DNA of 64,000 nt, taken from Nitrospinaceae bacterium (lineage in GTDB: Bacteria > Nitrospinota > Nitrospinia > Nitrospinales > Nitrospinaceae). The position numbers were made by a program, and so were the translations under genes. Every line of letters starts with the position of its first letter. Position 1 is the stretch's first letter. Below the pieces are notes generated by a model. That model saw only the letters and a program-made list of their open reading frames with translations. It was not told the origin of the DNA and made no database searches. Positions 10,101-18,582 of the stretch are shown in pieces. The stretch is from assembly GCA_965223665.1 (NCBI GenBank), contig OZ245011.1:2560001-2624000 (forward strand), read 5' to 3'.

Positions 10101-12942
10101 TTTCCCACGAAACTTCGTTTTCTGTCCATTCCGCTTCCACTTCCAATATGTCATGGGCCACCGGAGAGTCATTAAACACATTAAATGAAACGTCCACAGC
10201 GGTTACAATAGCACCTGAAGGAATGGCCGATACATCCCATTTGGTAACAAATGTGAGTTCACCAAATTGGCCTGTATCTGGATCAACAGATACACCATCT
10301 CCCCAAAGTTCAGTATCGTCTCCTAAATTTTTATGTCGCGAAGTTTCAGTTAAAGTTGAATCCTCTGTCCCAAAATAAAAGGCACTTGGCTCCACCCCAT
10401 CCTGGAAACTGATCGTATTCACCAGAATGCTTTCCGGAACTTTAACCGTAACTTTTTGAGTGTCTGTTCCAGTATTGCCTGCCGCGTCCGTTGCGGTCCA
10501 GGTTACTATAGTCATTCCCAAAGGAAACCCACCTGCTGGCGCATCGTTACTGACTGTTGGAGATCCATTATCATCGACTGCAACTGCGGAACCAAGAGTC
10601 ACCGAAGTTTGATCCCCAGTAGCATCCACAATTACATCCTCCGGGGCAATGATTGATGGAGATATACTGTCCGCCCCAGTAGGTAATGTATAAGTCACCG
10701 ATATTCGAGGGCGTATATCGGTCTGTCTGGAAAAAAAGCGGATTGCATTCCACCAGTCGGGATGTTCGCCCGGTCCACCATTCTGCACTGCCAATCCGTT
10801 ATTTGTGATGGTCCCGTCCACCCAACCCTGAACTACACTGATGCCTGCGGCATTTAGCGGAACCGTGTTCAAAACAAACTTCTGTGGTGTGATGGTTCCC
10901 ATGATTGTGCCGCTTACATTGGTCAATCCGCCAAAGCTATTCCAGGTAGTTCCCATTTCCGTCCAGGAAGTTAAAATCTGGCGTAAATGATAAGACGTCT
11001 CACTGCGGTTAAATAAATCAAAATACACGGTGGCCGATTGAATCGTCGCATTCGATGGAATGGAGGATAAATCCCAGGAAACTAAAACAATTGCATCTCC
11101 CTGAATGGCGTTTTCAAAGAGACCATGAGAAACGAGTTCTCCCTTCGTCCCGTAATTCGTATCCGGTGCCCCTTCAAAAATATAAGTATCCCGGGTTCCA
11201 TTGTATCCGGAGTGGGGGTACGTCCCATCCTGAAAGTGTGCTGAGTAAACAGGTGGATCTACAAAACTCGGAGTAAAACTGAACTGGCTCCCAGGGGCTG
11301 GAATCGCCGTATTGGATTCGTGATCCTGAACGTTGGTCACTGTAAGGTTGTACGTCGTTGTGTTACTCAATTCTGAAGTCAGTAACCTCACGGTTCGATA
11401 ATCATCCAACAGTTCTGCAGCCGTAATGGTAGCTCCGTTATCTAATACATAGTTAGCAGAATTCTCGGCACTTACTTTTTCCAAAGGCTCCGAAAACTGT
11501 ACTTCTAATGTCAACGGATTCGGCGCATAGACAGAAAACATCTCCGGAGGAAACGTATTCAAATCATGAGTAATCGTAAACTGGTCTTCGATTTTACCCA
11601 GGGAATCAATAAAGATCGCTTCCAGACGATTCTCATACACATCCAATACCATGGAACCTAATTTGTTTAATGGAATATACATTGCCGGATGACGGATCAA
11701 TACCGAAGACAATTGCCCCGAACTTCCGGCCACGGCATAAACAGCGCCGTCATCCCCTACTTTCGTACCATCCGGATTTAAGGCTTTGGTATAGGCCCCA
11801 TCCGCCATATGCAGCGGTTCGGATTTACCATTCCCACTGTCTAAGGCATGAGTGCCCAGATTAAAAGTCGTCTGATCCCCATAATGTCCATTCAGAAAAT
11901 AAGACCGCTCATAAGAATGACTGTGACCCGACAACACTAAATCCACTCCATTGCTTTCCAGAATAGGAACAATGTTCTCACGCATTTCAATTAATATTTG
12001 CTCTAAATTGGAGTTATGAGAACCTCTTGAATAAGGAGGATGGTGCCAATACGCAATGATCCATTCCTTATCATTGGCCGCTAAATCACTCTGCAACCAG
12101 GTGATCATTGAGGAAGGTGCAACTCGGGGATGACCAAACGAATCCAAGACAATAAAGTGAATATTGCCGTAATCAAACGAATAATACGCCTCAGTTCCCG
12201 AGGCCACTCCACCGGCTTCTGCCGCTCGTGGTAACTGCCAGATATCAAAATAGGTCCCGGTTTCACTTCCCGAAGTGGCACTGCCAGCATCATGATTCCC
12301 AAACGTTGGCCACACTGATACATTCCTTAAAAATTCCGGATACATCAGGAAAACGCCATCGTGGTGGTCGCGATCGTCACCATCTTCATAGGCATTGTCT
12401 CCCAGCATCAACCAGATATCCGGATCACGGTCTTTTGTATAATTCTTAAATCGTTCACCCACCACTAAGGCACGGATGTCCCCAGTCCCGGAATCTCCTA
12501 CCGCCCAAATCCGAATCGGCTTTGCTGTCCCAGGGGTTGGGGGAGTTTTAAAGCTTCCATTGAGTTTGGTTTCTGTGGAAGGTGTGGTCGATGTTCCGAC
12601 TGCATAATAGTAACGGGTATCGGCCGTCAAACTGAGAGTCACTTCATATTCTCGCCAGTCCTCAGGACAATAACTACAAGACTTGGTCACTGCTGTCGCA
12701 TCGGTTACTACGGTGGTTAAACTTCCCGGAGACGTCCCAAAATGAATGCTGTCATTGAAATCCTCGGAAGCGGGAACGCGCCACTTCACAATTACGCTAT
12801 TGGGGGTAAGAGTTTGGAGGAAAGGACCCCAATCATTTATATCCGCAAAAGCTGTTTTCCCAAAAAACAAAAAACATAGAGTTATTGCAAAAAACCATTT
12901 ATGGTTTTTTGTAGTAACAAAACCGGCCATTTTCCCCTCCAA
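7156..12942 (-). CDS. Giant secreted metallophosphoesterase (PAP-like) with Ig-like, five DNRLRE/CBM96-like and five HYR-like domains; paralog 2, 1928 aa
   Basis: Signal peptide (..KTAFA/D), FN3-like PAP N-domain, metallophosphoesterase motifs GDSG, GDNAY, GNHD, HHPPY, GHSHSYER. Repeated SFQ[DE]G..GT.D...RPK[IL]T[IV]TY domains alternate with DT.PPVVTAPADI...VTW.ATD..GNTGTDTQ.VTV units. Alternative start ATG 12930. Confidence 0.9.
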   Translation of the reverse strand: MEGKMAGFVTTKNHKWFFAITLCFLFFGKTAFADINDWGPFLQTLTPNSVIVKWRVPASEDFNDSIHFGTSPGSLTTVVTDATAVTKSCSYCPEDWREYEVTLSLTADTRYYYAVGTSTTPSTETKLNGSFKTPPTPGTAKPIRIWAVGDSGTGDIRALVVGERFKNYTKDRDPDIWLMLGDNAYEDGDDRDHHDGVFLMYPEFLRNVSVWPTFGNHDAGSATSGSETGTYFDIWQLPRAAEAGGVASGTEAYYSFDYGNIHFIVLDSFGHPRVAPSSMITWLQSDLAANDKEWIIAYWHHPPYSRGSHNSNLEQILIEMRENIVPILESNGVDLVLSGHSHSYERSYFLNGHYGDQTTFNLGTHALDSGNGKSEPLHMADGAYTKALNPDGTKVGDDGAVYAVAGSSGQLSSVLIRHPAMYIPLNKLGSMVLDVYENRLEAIFIDSLGKIEDQFTITHDLNTFPPEMFSVYAPNPLTLEVQFSEPLEKVSAENSANYVLDNGATITAAELLDDYRTVRLLTSELSNTTTYNLTVTNVQDHESNTAIPAPGSQFSFTPSFVDPPVYSAHFQDGTYPHSGYNGTRDTYIFEGAPDTNYGTKGELVSHGLFENAIQGDAIVLVSWDLSSIPSNATIQSATVYFDLFNRSETSYHLRQILTSWTEMGTTWNSFGGLTNVSGTIMGTITPQKFVLNTVPLNAAGISVVQGWVDGTITNNGLAVQNGGPGEHPDWWNAIRFFSRQTDIRPRISVTYTLPTGADSISPSIIAPEDVIVDATGDQTSVTLGSAVAVDDNGSPTVSNDAPAGGFPLGMTIVTWTATDAAGNTGTDTQKVTVKVPESILVNTISFQDGVEPSAFYFGTEDSTLTETSRHKNLGDDTELWGDGVSVDPDTGQFGELTFVTKWDVSAIPSGAIVTAVDVSFNVFNDSPVAHDILEVEAEWTENEVSWEIISHNTTVGSTIFGSIPPLTFNENVVTLNQAGIDLVQGWVDGTIPNGGFYIQTAGSNNGMGVHSSEATTATTRPKITISYTLLTGPDTEPPVVTAPADIVGFEATGPTTPVDIGTATATDNVGVTSLTNDAPAEFPLGTTTVTWTAMDAAGNSGTDTQDVTVVDTTAPTVTAPSDLTTTETTPNIGTGTANDLVDGAITPTNDSPGTFPLGTTIVTWSATDAAGNTGTDTQSVTVQEAPGGPVTVSFQEGVLPDAGYAGTQDSLLRQTSPDQNFGTDVQLLSDAVAPDPSNGLFGEVMSVVSWDLTSVPNTAVVSSASITMDFFDASSGPYNFLQALTPWNEGTVTWNSFGGGSANVGTDIIATIPGFSFNETEVNLTAEGLSLVQGWIDGSIANNGLVLKTGGSNNGVGANSSEATTNRPKITITYSIPTGGDTEPPVVTAPADIVTVSTGDLTPVSLGTGTANDNVDGPLVPTNDAPAGGFPVGTTVVTWSATDSSGNTGTDTQNVTVQIPVSGGVEAVSFQEGVEPNPAYVGVQDSYLRQTSPDQNVGTDVQLLSDAVAPDPSNGLFGEVMTVVNWDVSGIPTNATVQSVSITMDFFDASSGPYNFLQALTPWNEGTVTWNSFGGGSANVGTDIIATIPGFSFDETEVNLTAQGISLVQGWIDGSIPNNGLVLKTSGTNNGVGANSSEATTNRPKLNITFSTPSGGGDTIPPVVTAPADIVTVSTGDLTPVSLGTGTANDNVDGPLVPTNDAPAGGFPVGTTVVTWSATDSSGNTGTDIQLVTIQVPTVSGSNTTSFQDEVSPSIVYLGTQDALLRESSPDINDNDLELWADGVSPDPNNGLFGEVVSVISWDVSPIPTNAVVTSVSITIDLFNSSSGIHDFLQANASWSEDSVTWNSFGGTDSIGAIVLGTIDPFLFNEQEIVLNIDGTNLVQGWIDGSISNNGIVVRSAGTNDGIGWNSSEEVTGRPKLTVNYTMP

Positions 12943-13105
12943 ATATACTTTCGCTCCTTAAAAGTATCTATAACCTTTTCAGGTAGTTAAATAGTAATGT
13001 GTGTGACCATACCTTATCAGGTTGGGTAGATATTGCAAAAATAAATTCGCCTGTTTGGCGGTTAAATTTAAAAGTTTCAATACCGTAACAAATCAGCAAT
13101 ATTTC
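11150..13105. repeat. Copy 2 of ~1956-bp direct duplication, including ~160 bp of upstream region
   Basis: Matches 5074..7029. Confidence 0.9.
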
Positions 13106-13675
13106 AAATTAAGAAAAAATAGATAATTAAATAGATTTAATAATTTAGGAAAATACGGTTGTTCCCAAAAAATCCCTTGATCCAACATTCTTAACTTTAA
13201 ACGTTAAACCAGAACCACCAATTTAGCTAAGGCCAAAAGGCTGAATTTATTAGTATGATAGAAATTTAAGTTCTTAAATAAGCTCTGACTTACTTAGAAA
13301 TAACCGAGTTGTGTGGTTGCTTTACAAAAAGCTTGAAACTGGAATCTGTATGATAGATCTATGAAACAAAATTTCCAAGAACGCTTCAGCCTGGATGATA
13401 CTTCCGGCATTCTCTTTTATGATAACGAAAAGGAGAGGTTAGCCCTGGAAGAGGAAAATTATATAAATCCCGATTTCAAAGATTTTAGGACGTCACAGAT
13501 GTTTTTATGAAAAACTTATTTTTAAAGGCCATTAAAGAATTGGAGACCTTATTGTAGGATTAAAACAAATCTCCCTTTATACAAAGGGTAAAAAAAGGAG
13601 AATATTTTCTAGATAATTTTCTAATCTGAGATTAAGGAAATAAACTTTTTATATAGAATTGTTTTATTTTCTAAA

Positions 13676-13720
13676 GGCACGCCTGGCAGGACTCGAACCT
13701 GCGACCTACGGATTAGAAGT
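13676..13720 (-). repeat. att site: duplicated 3' part of tRNA-Arg(UCU)
   Basis: ggcacgcctggcaggactcgaacctgcgacctacggattagaagt is identical to 52331..52375. Confidence 0.97.
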
Positions 13721-13844
13721 ACATCGAATACTTTAATTTCCTTTCCTTCCTTGATCTTCCCATAAGTTCCCAATATAATAATTTCAGCTATTTATAAACC
13801 TTATCGAGAAAATTGTTTTTCTTCGAAAGTAGAGATGGGAAGTA

Positions 13845-15098
13845 TTGGGAATGCAAAAATGTGATAAAAATGTGATAAAAGTAGACCCGCGGATGAATAA
13901 CAAATCGGTCCACTGGGTTGGGACTAAATATCCCGGGGTGCAATTCAGGGAACATGAGACTCGCAAATTTAAAAGGCGATTAGACCGCTCTATCATCATT
14001 CGCTATCGAAAACACGGAAAATTAGTGAATGAAACTGTTGGTTGGGAAACTGATGGTGCCACTTTAGAAGAAGCGGCGAAACTACGTGGACAAATCATTC
14101 AAAATATTCGCTTAGGTTCTGGATTTCAATCTTTAAAAGAAAAGCGAGAGTTGGAGCAAACCAAACGAAAGAAGAAAATCGAAGAAAAGAAATCTAAAGA
14201 AATAGAAAATATATCTTTCGAACAATTAGCTCAAAATTATCTAGACTGGGCCAGGTCCCATAAAAAAAGTTGGCGTGATGACTACTCCCGCTACCAATAT
14301 CATTTGGGTCCATCTTTAGGGAAACTAGTTGCGAAAAAGATTAAAGTTTTAGAATTAGAACGATTCAAGAAAAAATTGAATCACAAAGGTCTTGCTCCAG
14401 GAACCATTCGTCATTGTTTAGTCTTAATCCGGCAAATCTACAACCGTGCCTCGCGGATAGGATTATTTGATGGTCCAAATCCGATTAAGGAAACCTCTCA
14501 AATTGATCGCCATTTTTTAAAAACACCTGATAACCGACGCTTACGGTTTTTGAGTCGAGATGAAGCAGATTCCTTACTTACGGAACTGAAGCAAAGAAGT
14601 CCGCAAGTGTATAACATGACCTTACTTTCGTTGCATACGGGTATGCGAGCCGGTGAAATATTTGCGCTTACTTGGCAAGATATAGACTTGGCCCATAAAA
14701 TTATCACTATTCGAAATCCTAAGAACAATGAAAGTCGGCAAGCGTATATGACACCGCAGGTTTTTGAAATATTGGGGCAATTAAAAAATGCTAACTCTAA
14801 AAGACAACATCTGATCTTTAGTAATCGCAAGGGAAACCAAATTAAAGAGATTTCGAATGTGTTTTCAAAGATTGTGCAACAGCTTGGGTTAAATGACGGG
14901 GTAACAGATTTAAGAAGCAAACTGGTATTTCATTCGATCCGGCACACGTTTGCAAGCTGGTTGGCTCTTCAAGGAGAAACCTTATTAACGATAAAGGAAT
15001 TAATGGGTCATAAAGATATAAACATGACAATGCGTTATGCTCATTTAATTCCAGATCAAAAAAGAAATGCAGTAATTAAACTGGGGATAGGAGAATAG
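13845..15098 (+). CDS. int: Tyrosine recombinase / phage integrase
   Basis: Catalytic motifs HTGMRAGE (R), NPKN (K), HSIRH, LMGH, TMRY. The real start may be ATG 13893. Confidence 0.95.
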   Translation: MGMQKCDKNVIKVDPRMNNKSVHWVGTKYPGVQFREHETRKFKRRLDRSIIIRYRKHGKLVNETVGWETDGATLEEAAKLRGQIIQNIRLGSGFQSLKEKRELEQTKRKKKIEEKKSKEIENISFEQLAQNYLDWARSHKKSWRDDYSRYQYHLGPSLGKLVAKKIKVLELERFKKKLNHKGLAPGTIRHCLVLIRQIYNRASRIGLFDGPNPIKETSQIDRHFLKTPDNRRLRFLSRDEADSLLTELKQRSPQVYNMTLLSLHTGMRAGEIFALTWQDIDLAHKIITIRNPKNNESRQAYMTPQVFEILGQLKNANSKRQHLIFSNRKGNQIKEISNVFSKIVQQLGLNDGVTDLRSKLVFHSIRHTFASWLALQGETLLTIKELMGHKDINMTMRYAHLIPDQKRNAVIKLGIGE

Positions 15099-15105
15099 GA
15101 ATAAA

Positions 15106-16071
15106 ATGAATGAATTAATAAAGTATTTAGAAATTCATCCTTCCTTTAACCAAAATACAAAACCTGAGCAATTAGAGAAAATTTTGAGAGGTCCATGGTG
15201 TCCATTACTTGGAAGAATTCCAAAACTCGGGCTGCCATTAAATTCACCCGAAAACAGGTGTTTGTTTATAATAATTGAATCAAGAAAATTATGGGGGATC
15301 GACTTTGAGCCAACTTTTAATAGATGTGGAAAAAATCCCGACTGGCCGAAAAAGAATAGTATAAATTCTTACCCCGAAAAGGAATTTGCGGAGATTGTTT
15401 TAAAGACGGCGCGTGAAATTGATCGGTTGTCACCGTCGATAATGTTGAATTCTGAAATTCGAGATCCCAAGAAAGATTATCTTTTAATGGAAGATGGATC
15501 TTACGCTATTTCTAAGGGTATTGATCAGGTTCCAATTCATGAAATACGAATTGTTGCGAATTCTTTGTTACGTCCAAGCTATCAAAAATTTAAAGATCAA
15601 CAACTTTTGGCAAGTCTAGCTATTTACAGTGCTTGGCATGTTTTTGAATTTTTGATAAGAAAATTTTCAGATGTAGATATAACTGAAATACTTCCCAGGT
15701 TATACCGGGCGGAAGGTTTATTAAGAACAGCAAAAATAATAGAGGGTAATGAAAAAGCCGAAGATTCAATAAAGTTAGGATTCCAAAAAGGACAAAAAGA
15801 AGGAATCTCAGTCCAAAATAGATTAAATGCCAAGAAACCCAGAAGGCCTGATCCGTTAAATGAATTTATTTTAAATATCCTTAAAAAAAATAAAGGCAAT
15901 CTAAATTCAAATCAAATGTGGCAGATTATTAAAGCAAATGTAGGCGAAGACTGTATAGTGACTGTGACCGATTCGGTTATTGAGTATGAAGATAAAAATT
16001 CCAGGATAAACTCGTTAAAGAAAAAATCTTTCCCTCCTCGATTCCATAGAATAAAAAAATTGCTCTTTTAA
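15106..16071 (+). CDS. Hypothetical protein, basic C-terminus possibly DNA-binding
   Basis: 321-aa ORF with GGAG/AGGA RBS, 7 bp after int; no recognised family. Confidence 0.6.
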   Translation: MNELIKYLEIHPSFNQNTKPEQLEKILRGPWCPLLGRIPKLGLPLNSPENRCLFIIIESRKLWGIDFEPTFNRCGKNPDWPKKNSINSYPEKEFAEIVLKTAREIDRLSPSIMLNSEIRDPKKDYLLMEDGSYAISKGIDQVPIHEIRIVANSLLRPSYQKFKDQQLLASLAIYSAWHVFEFLIRKFSDVDITEILPRLYRAEGLLRTAKIIEGNEKAEDSIKLGFQKGQKEGISVQNRLNAKKPRRPDPLNEFILNILKKNKGNLNSNQMWQIIKANVGEDCIVTVTDSVIEYEDKNSRINSLKKKSFPPRFHRIKKLLF

Positions 16072-16100
16072 AATTTCAAAAGCGCGCTTTTGAAATTTTA
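16069..16100. promoter_or_regulatory. Perfect 32-bp palindrome (operator or hairpin)
   Basis: TAAAATTTCAAAAGCG|CGCTTTTGAAATTTTA. Confidence 0.6.
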
Positions 16101-16155
16101 CCAATGTAAATTAACTATCAATTATTAACCCAATGGAAAAGTTGGGAACTTTACA

Positions 16156-16383
16156 TTGGAAAGGAGAATTATGAATAAAGAAATCAACCCTAAAATGATA
16201 GCCCGCACAAATGTTCACGAGTTATTCCCTGGTCTTTCCTCTAAATACTTAGCCAATTTGAAATCACTGGGGAAAGGTCCTCAACCTTATAAAGTGGGAC
16301 GAAGAATTTTCTACCTTGTATCCGACATTGAAGGGTTTATGAAGAAAAATCCTCTTCCTTTAAAAGCTGGAAACCCTATTTAA
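16156..16383 (+). CDS. Excisionase/AlpA-like helix-turn-helix protein
   Basis: LSSKYLANLKSLGKGPQPYKVGRRIFYLVSDIEGF fits the MerR-like Xis/AlpA pattern. Likely start ATG 16171 after AGGAGA. Confidence 0.8.
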   Translation: MERRIMNKEINPKMIARTNVHELFPGLSSKYLANLKSLGKGPQPYKVGRRIFYLVSDIEGFMKKNPLPLKAGNPI

Positions 16384-16501
16384 ATTCTCAAATTGTTAAT
16401 TTAAGTCAATGCAGCAAATATTGAAAAATTTATTTTTTTACATAATTTTATACTGCCGTGAGAATAATACTTTCCAAAGGATTTAAAATCAAAGGTGAAT
16501 T

Positions 16502-17596
16502 ATGAAATGGTTTAAACATATGACCGATGCTCAAGATGATGAATTTATTGCCGAATTGGAATCTCAGTATCGTGGATTTGATGGTCCTGGTCGATGGTGG
16601 AGATTGTTAGAAATCATTGGCAAGCATGTGGACCAAACAGGGAAGTGTGAAGCCATCTATTCTGTTTCGCAATGGTGTCAAAAGTTAAAAGTGACGCGTT
16701 CAGGTCTGCTTAAGTTTACAAACTTGGTGGTAATTTGGGGCAAAGTGGAAACCAAAACTATTGATACAAGAATGCTAATAAGATGCCCTAAGTTACTAGA
16801 AATAAGAGATGAATATACAAGGAAATCCGGACAATCTCCTGATAAACTCCAACCAGAAACAGAAGCAAAAACAAATTTAAGAAATAATAAAAAAGAAAAG
16901 AGTGTAGAAAAGCCTTCACTCTCAATGACTGTGAAACAAAAATTTACAAATCTAAAGCAACTTGGTCCTCCCGCATCTTTAAATGGCAATGTATCTGATA
17001 TTGATAAATTCTTAAACCAAGCTCAACGTGTTCATACTAAGATCCGGGGACCAATGATCCTAAATCAAAAAAGGGACGTTAAGGTAGCGCATCGGTTAGT
17101 AAAGGAAATTCCAGACTTCAAACGGCTCAACCTACTCTGGACAATTTTTCTTAATCTAAATAATTCCTGGCTTAACACCAACCCTGGTAGGCGCTGTTTG
17201 AGCGTGTTCCCAAAGTTTTTAAATGATTGCCAAGCAGAAGTTAATCGTTTGTTTAAAGCCCGGGATTACCGAAAACAAAATAGCAGACGGGGAAACAAAA
17301 CAACGCCAAAATATGAACCCTTAACTAGAGATGATCAAATCACTTGGCAAACAGTTTTGAAAGAAGTTGAGTCTTCTAACTTGCCAGAGAATTACCAAAC
17401 CTGGTTTACCCCAATTTATCCCTTAGGCCGCAAGGGGAAAAAATTAATTATTGCAGTTCCTAACGAATATTTTTCACGTTGTTTATCTGAAAACTATTTA
17501 AAGAGGATTATGAAAATATTGAATGAACTGGATAGTACAATTGAAAATGTTGAATTTATGGCAAAACCTGAAGAAAACATGGGTGCATTCAATTAA
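16502..17596 (+). CDS. Phage-type replication initiator with C-terminal DnaA_N-like domain
   Basis: N-terminal MKWFKHMTD...WWRLLEII resembles phage replisome organisers. C-terminal WQTVLKEV...YQTWFTPI...LIIAVPNEY...Y resembles DnaA domain I. Confidence 0.7.
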   Translation: MKWFKHMTDAQDDEFIAELESQYRGFDGPGRWWRLLEIIGKHVDQTGKCEAIYSVSQWCQKLKVTRSGLLKFTNLVVIWGKVETKTIDTRMLIRCPKLLEIRDEYTRKSGQSPDKLQPETEAKTNLRNNKKEKSVEKPSLSMTVKQKFTNLKQLGPPASLNGNVSDIDKFLNQAQRVHTKIRGPMILNQKRDVKVAHRLVKEIPDFKRLNLLWTIFLNLNNSWLNTNPGRRCLSVFPKFLNDCQAEVNRLFKARDYRKQNSRRGNKTTPKYEPLTRDDQITWQTVLKEVESSNLPENYQTWFTPIYPLGRKGKKLIIAVPNEYFSRCLSENYLKRIMKILNELDSTIENVEFMAKPEENMGAFN

Positions 17597-17637
17597 TGGT
17601 CAATTGATTTTTAGTTGATATCATTTTTATAGCTTAC

Positions 17638-17692
17638 GGGTCCTTCCTAGGGGTCGTGCCTAACGGGTGCGCGGCAGCACTGGATATCGCTA
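17638..17692 (+). other. Lambda-like cos packaging site (cosQ + cosN)
   Basis: GGGTCCT-N16-TAACG-GGTGCGCGGCAG-CACTG-GATATCGCTA aligns with lambda GGGTCCT-N18-TTACG-GGGCGGCGACCT-CGCGG-GTTTTCGCTA (lambda recalled from memory) and lies directly upstream of a Nu1-like gene. Confidence 0.75.
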
Positions 17693-17806
17693 GAGAACTG
17701 TCCAAAAAATGTTTTGACGTTTTGACGCTTTAGAAAGTCTTTTAAACTGTTTTTGGATTCTCAAAACCTTTGTAACTCATTTCAAATAAAAGACTGAAAT
17801 ATTTTT

Positions 17807-18346
17807 ATGGAATTAGTTTCTCTTTATGAATATGAAAAAAGAACGGGAATCAAGCGTCAAAAAACTCACTACAATGTAAAAATTGGACGCCTCAAAACTT
17901 ATAAGGGAAAAATAAATGTAGATGAGGCCAATGAACTATTTGGCTTAATAGATAAGATTGAATCAAATCAAGAATCTTTTCATTCAAATAAATCCAATAA
18001 GAATGAAGAGGAATTCAATTACTATAAGGAACGAGCTATACATGAAAAGTTAAAAATACAACTCACACAATTAGAATTGGGAAGAAAGTCCGGTCAACTT
18101 GTGGAAATTGAATTAGTAGATCAGGAATTGAGTAAGTTAGTAACCGCAGTTCGCCAGAGGTTGTTGGCTTTACCTACCAAACTTACACCTCAACTAGTTA
18201 ATCAAAAATCTCCGGGGTTCATTAAAGAATTAATTACTGAAGCAATTTACGAAGCATTAAGTGAATTTCAACATTATAACCCGGAAAGCGGAAAAATTCT
18301 CTCCGAAAAACTCACATGCTCTCAAGGAGAAAGTGATAATTATTGA
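17807..18346 (+). CDS. Terminase small subunit, lambda Nu1-like
   Basis: N-terminal wHTH-like segment, then Y.KERA.HE...QL.QLEL....GQLV.....V......LV..VRQRLLALP.KL.PQL, typical of Nu1; 179 aa. Confidence 0.8.
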   Translation: MELVSLYEYEKRTGIKRQKTHYNVKIGRLKTYKGKINVDEANELFGLIDKIESNQESFHSNKSNKNEEEFNYYKERAIHEKLKIQLTQLELGRKSGQLVEIELVDQELSKLVTAVRQRLLALPTKLTPQLVNQKSPGFIKELITEAIYEALSEFQHYNPESGKILSEKLTCSQGESDNY

Positions 18347-18582
18347 CTCACTATCTTTTAACTTATATTATTTCTTTAAGAATTAAAGACAAAACTAATT
18401 TTTCAGGTTTCTCGAGAAGGGTTGAGGGTAAATTGTTCAAATCCTAAAAAAAGAAAATTCGATGTTATGCAATTTACATCTTCCTCAGCAAATTATTGAT
18501 ATTTTGAATTATTTTTTAAATTGGATAAAAAATTAATTTTTTTATTTAAATAAATTTAACTCCAATAGGTTCGTAGTTTTTT

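Noticed and set aside
5074-13105. Duplicated segment as a DGR template/variable pair or IS copies
   Set aside because: No reverse transcriptase or transposase, no adenine-specific mismatches seen; the repeat is the 5' part of two paralogous genes.
13361-13510. 49-codon ORF (MKQNFQERF...) left of the att site
   Set aside because: Short, no clear RBS or recognisable motif; cannot be supported.
16502-17596. Chromosomal dnaA
   Set aside because: Only a domain I-like segment at the C-terminus; no AAA+ or domain IV.
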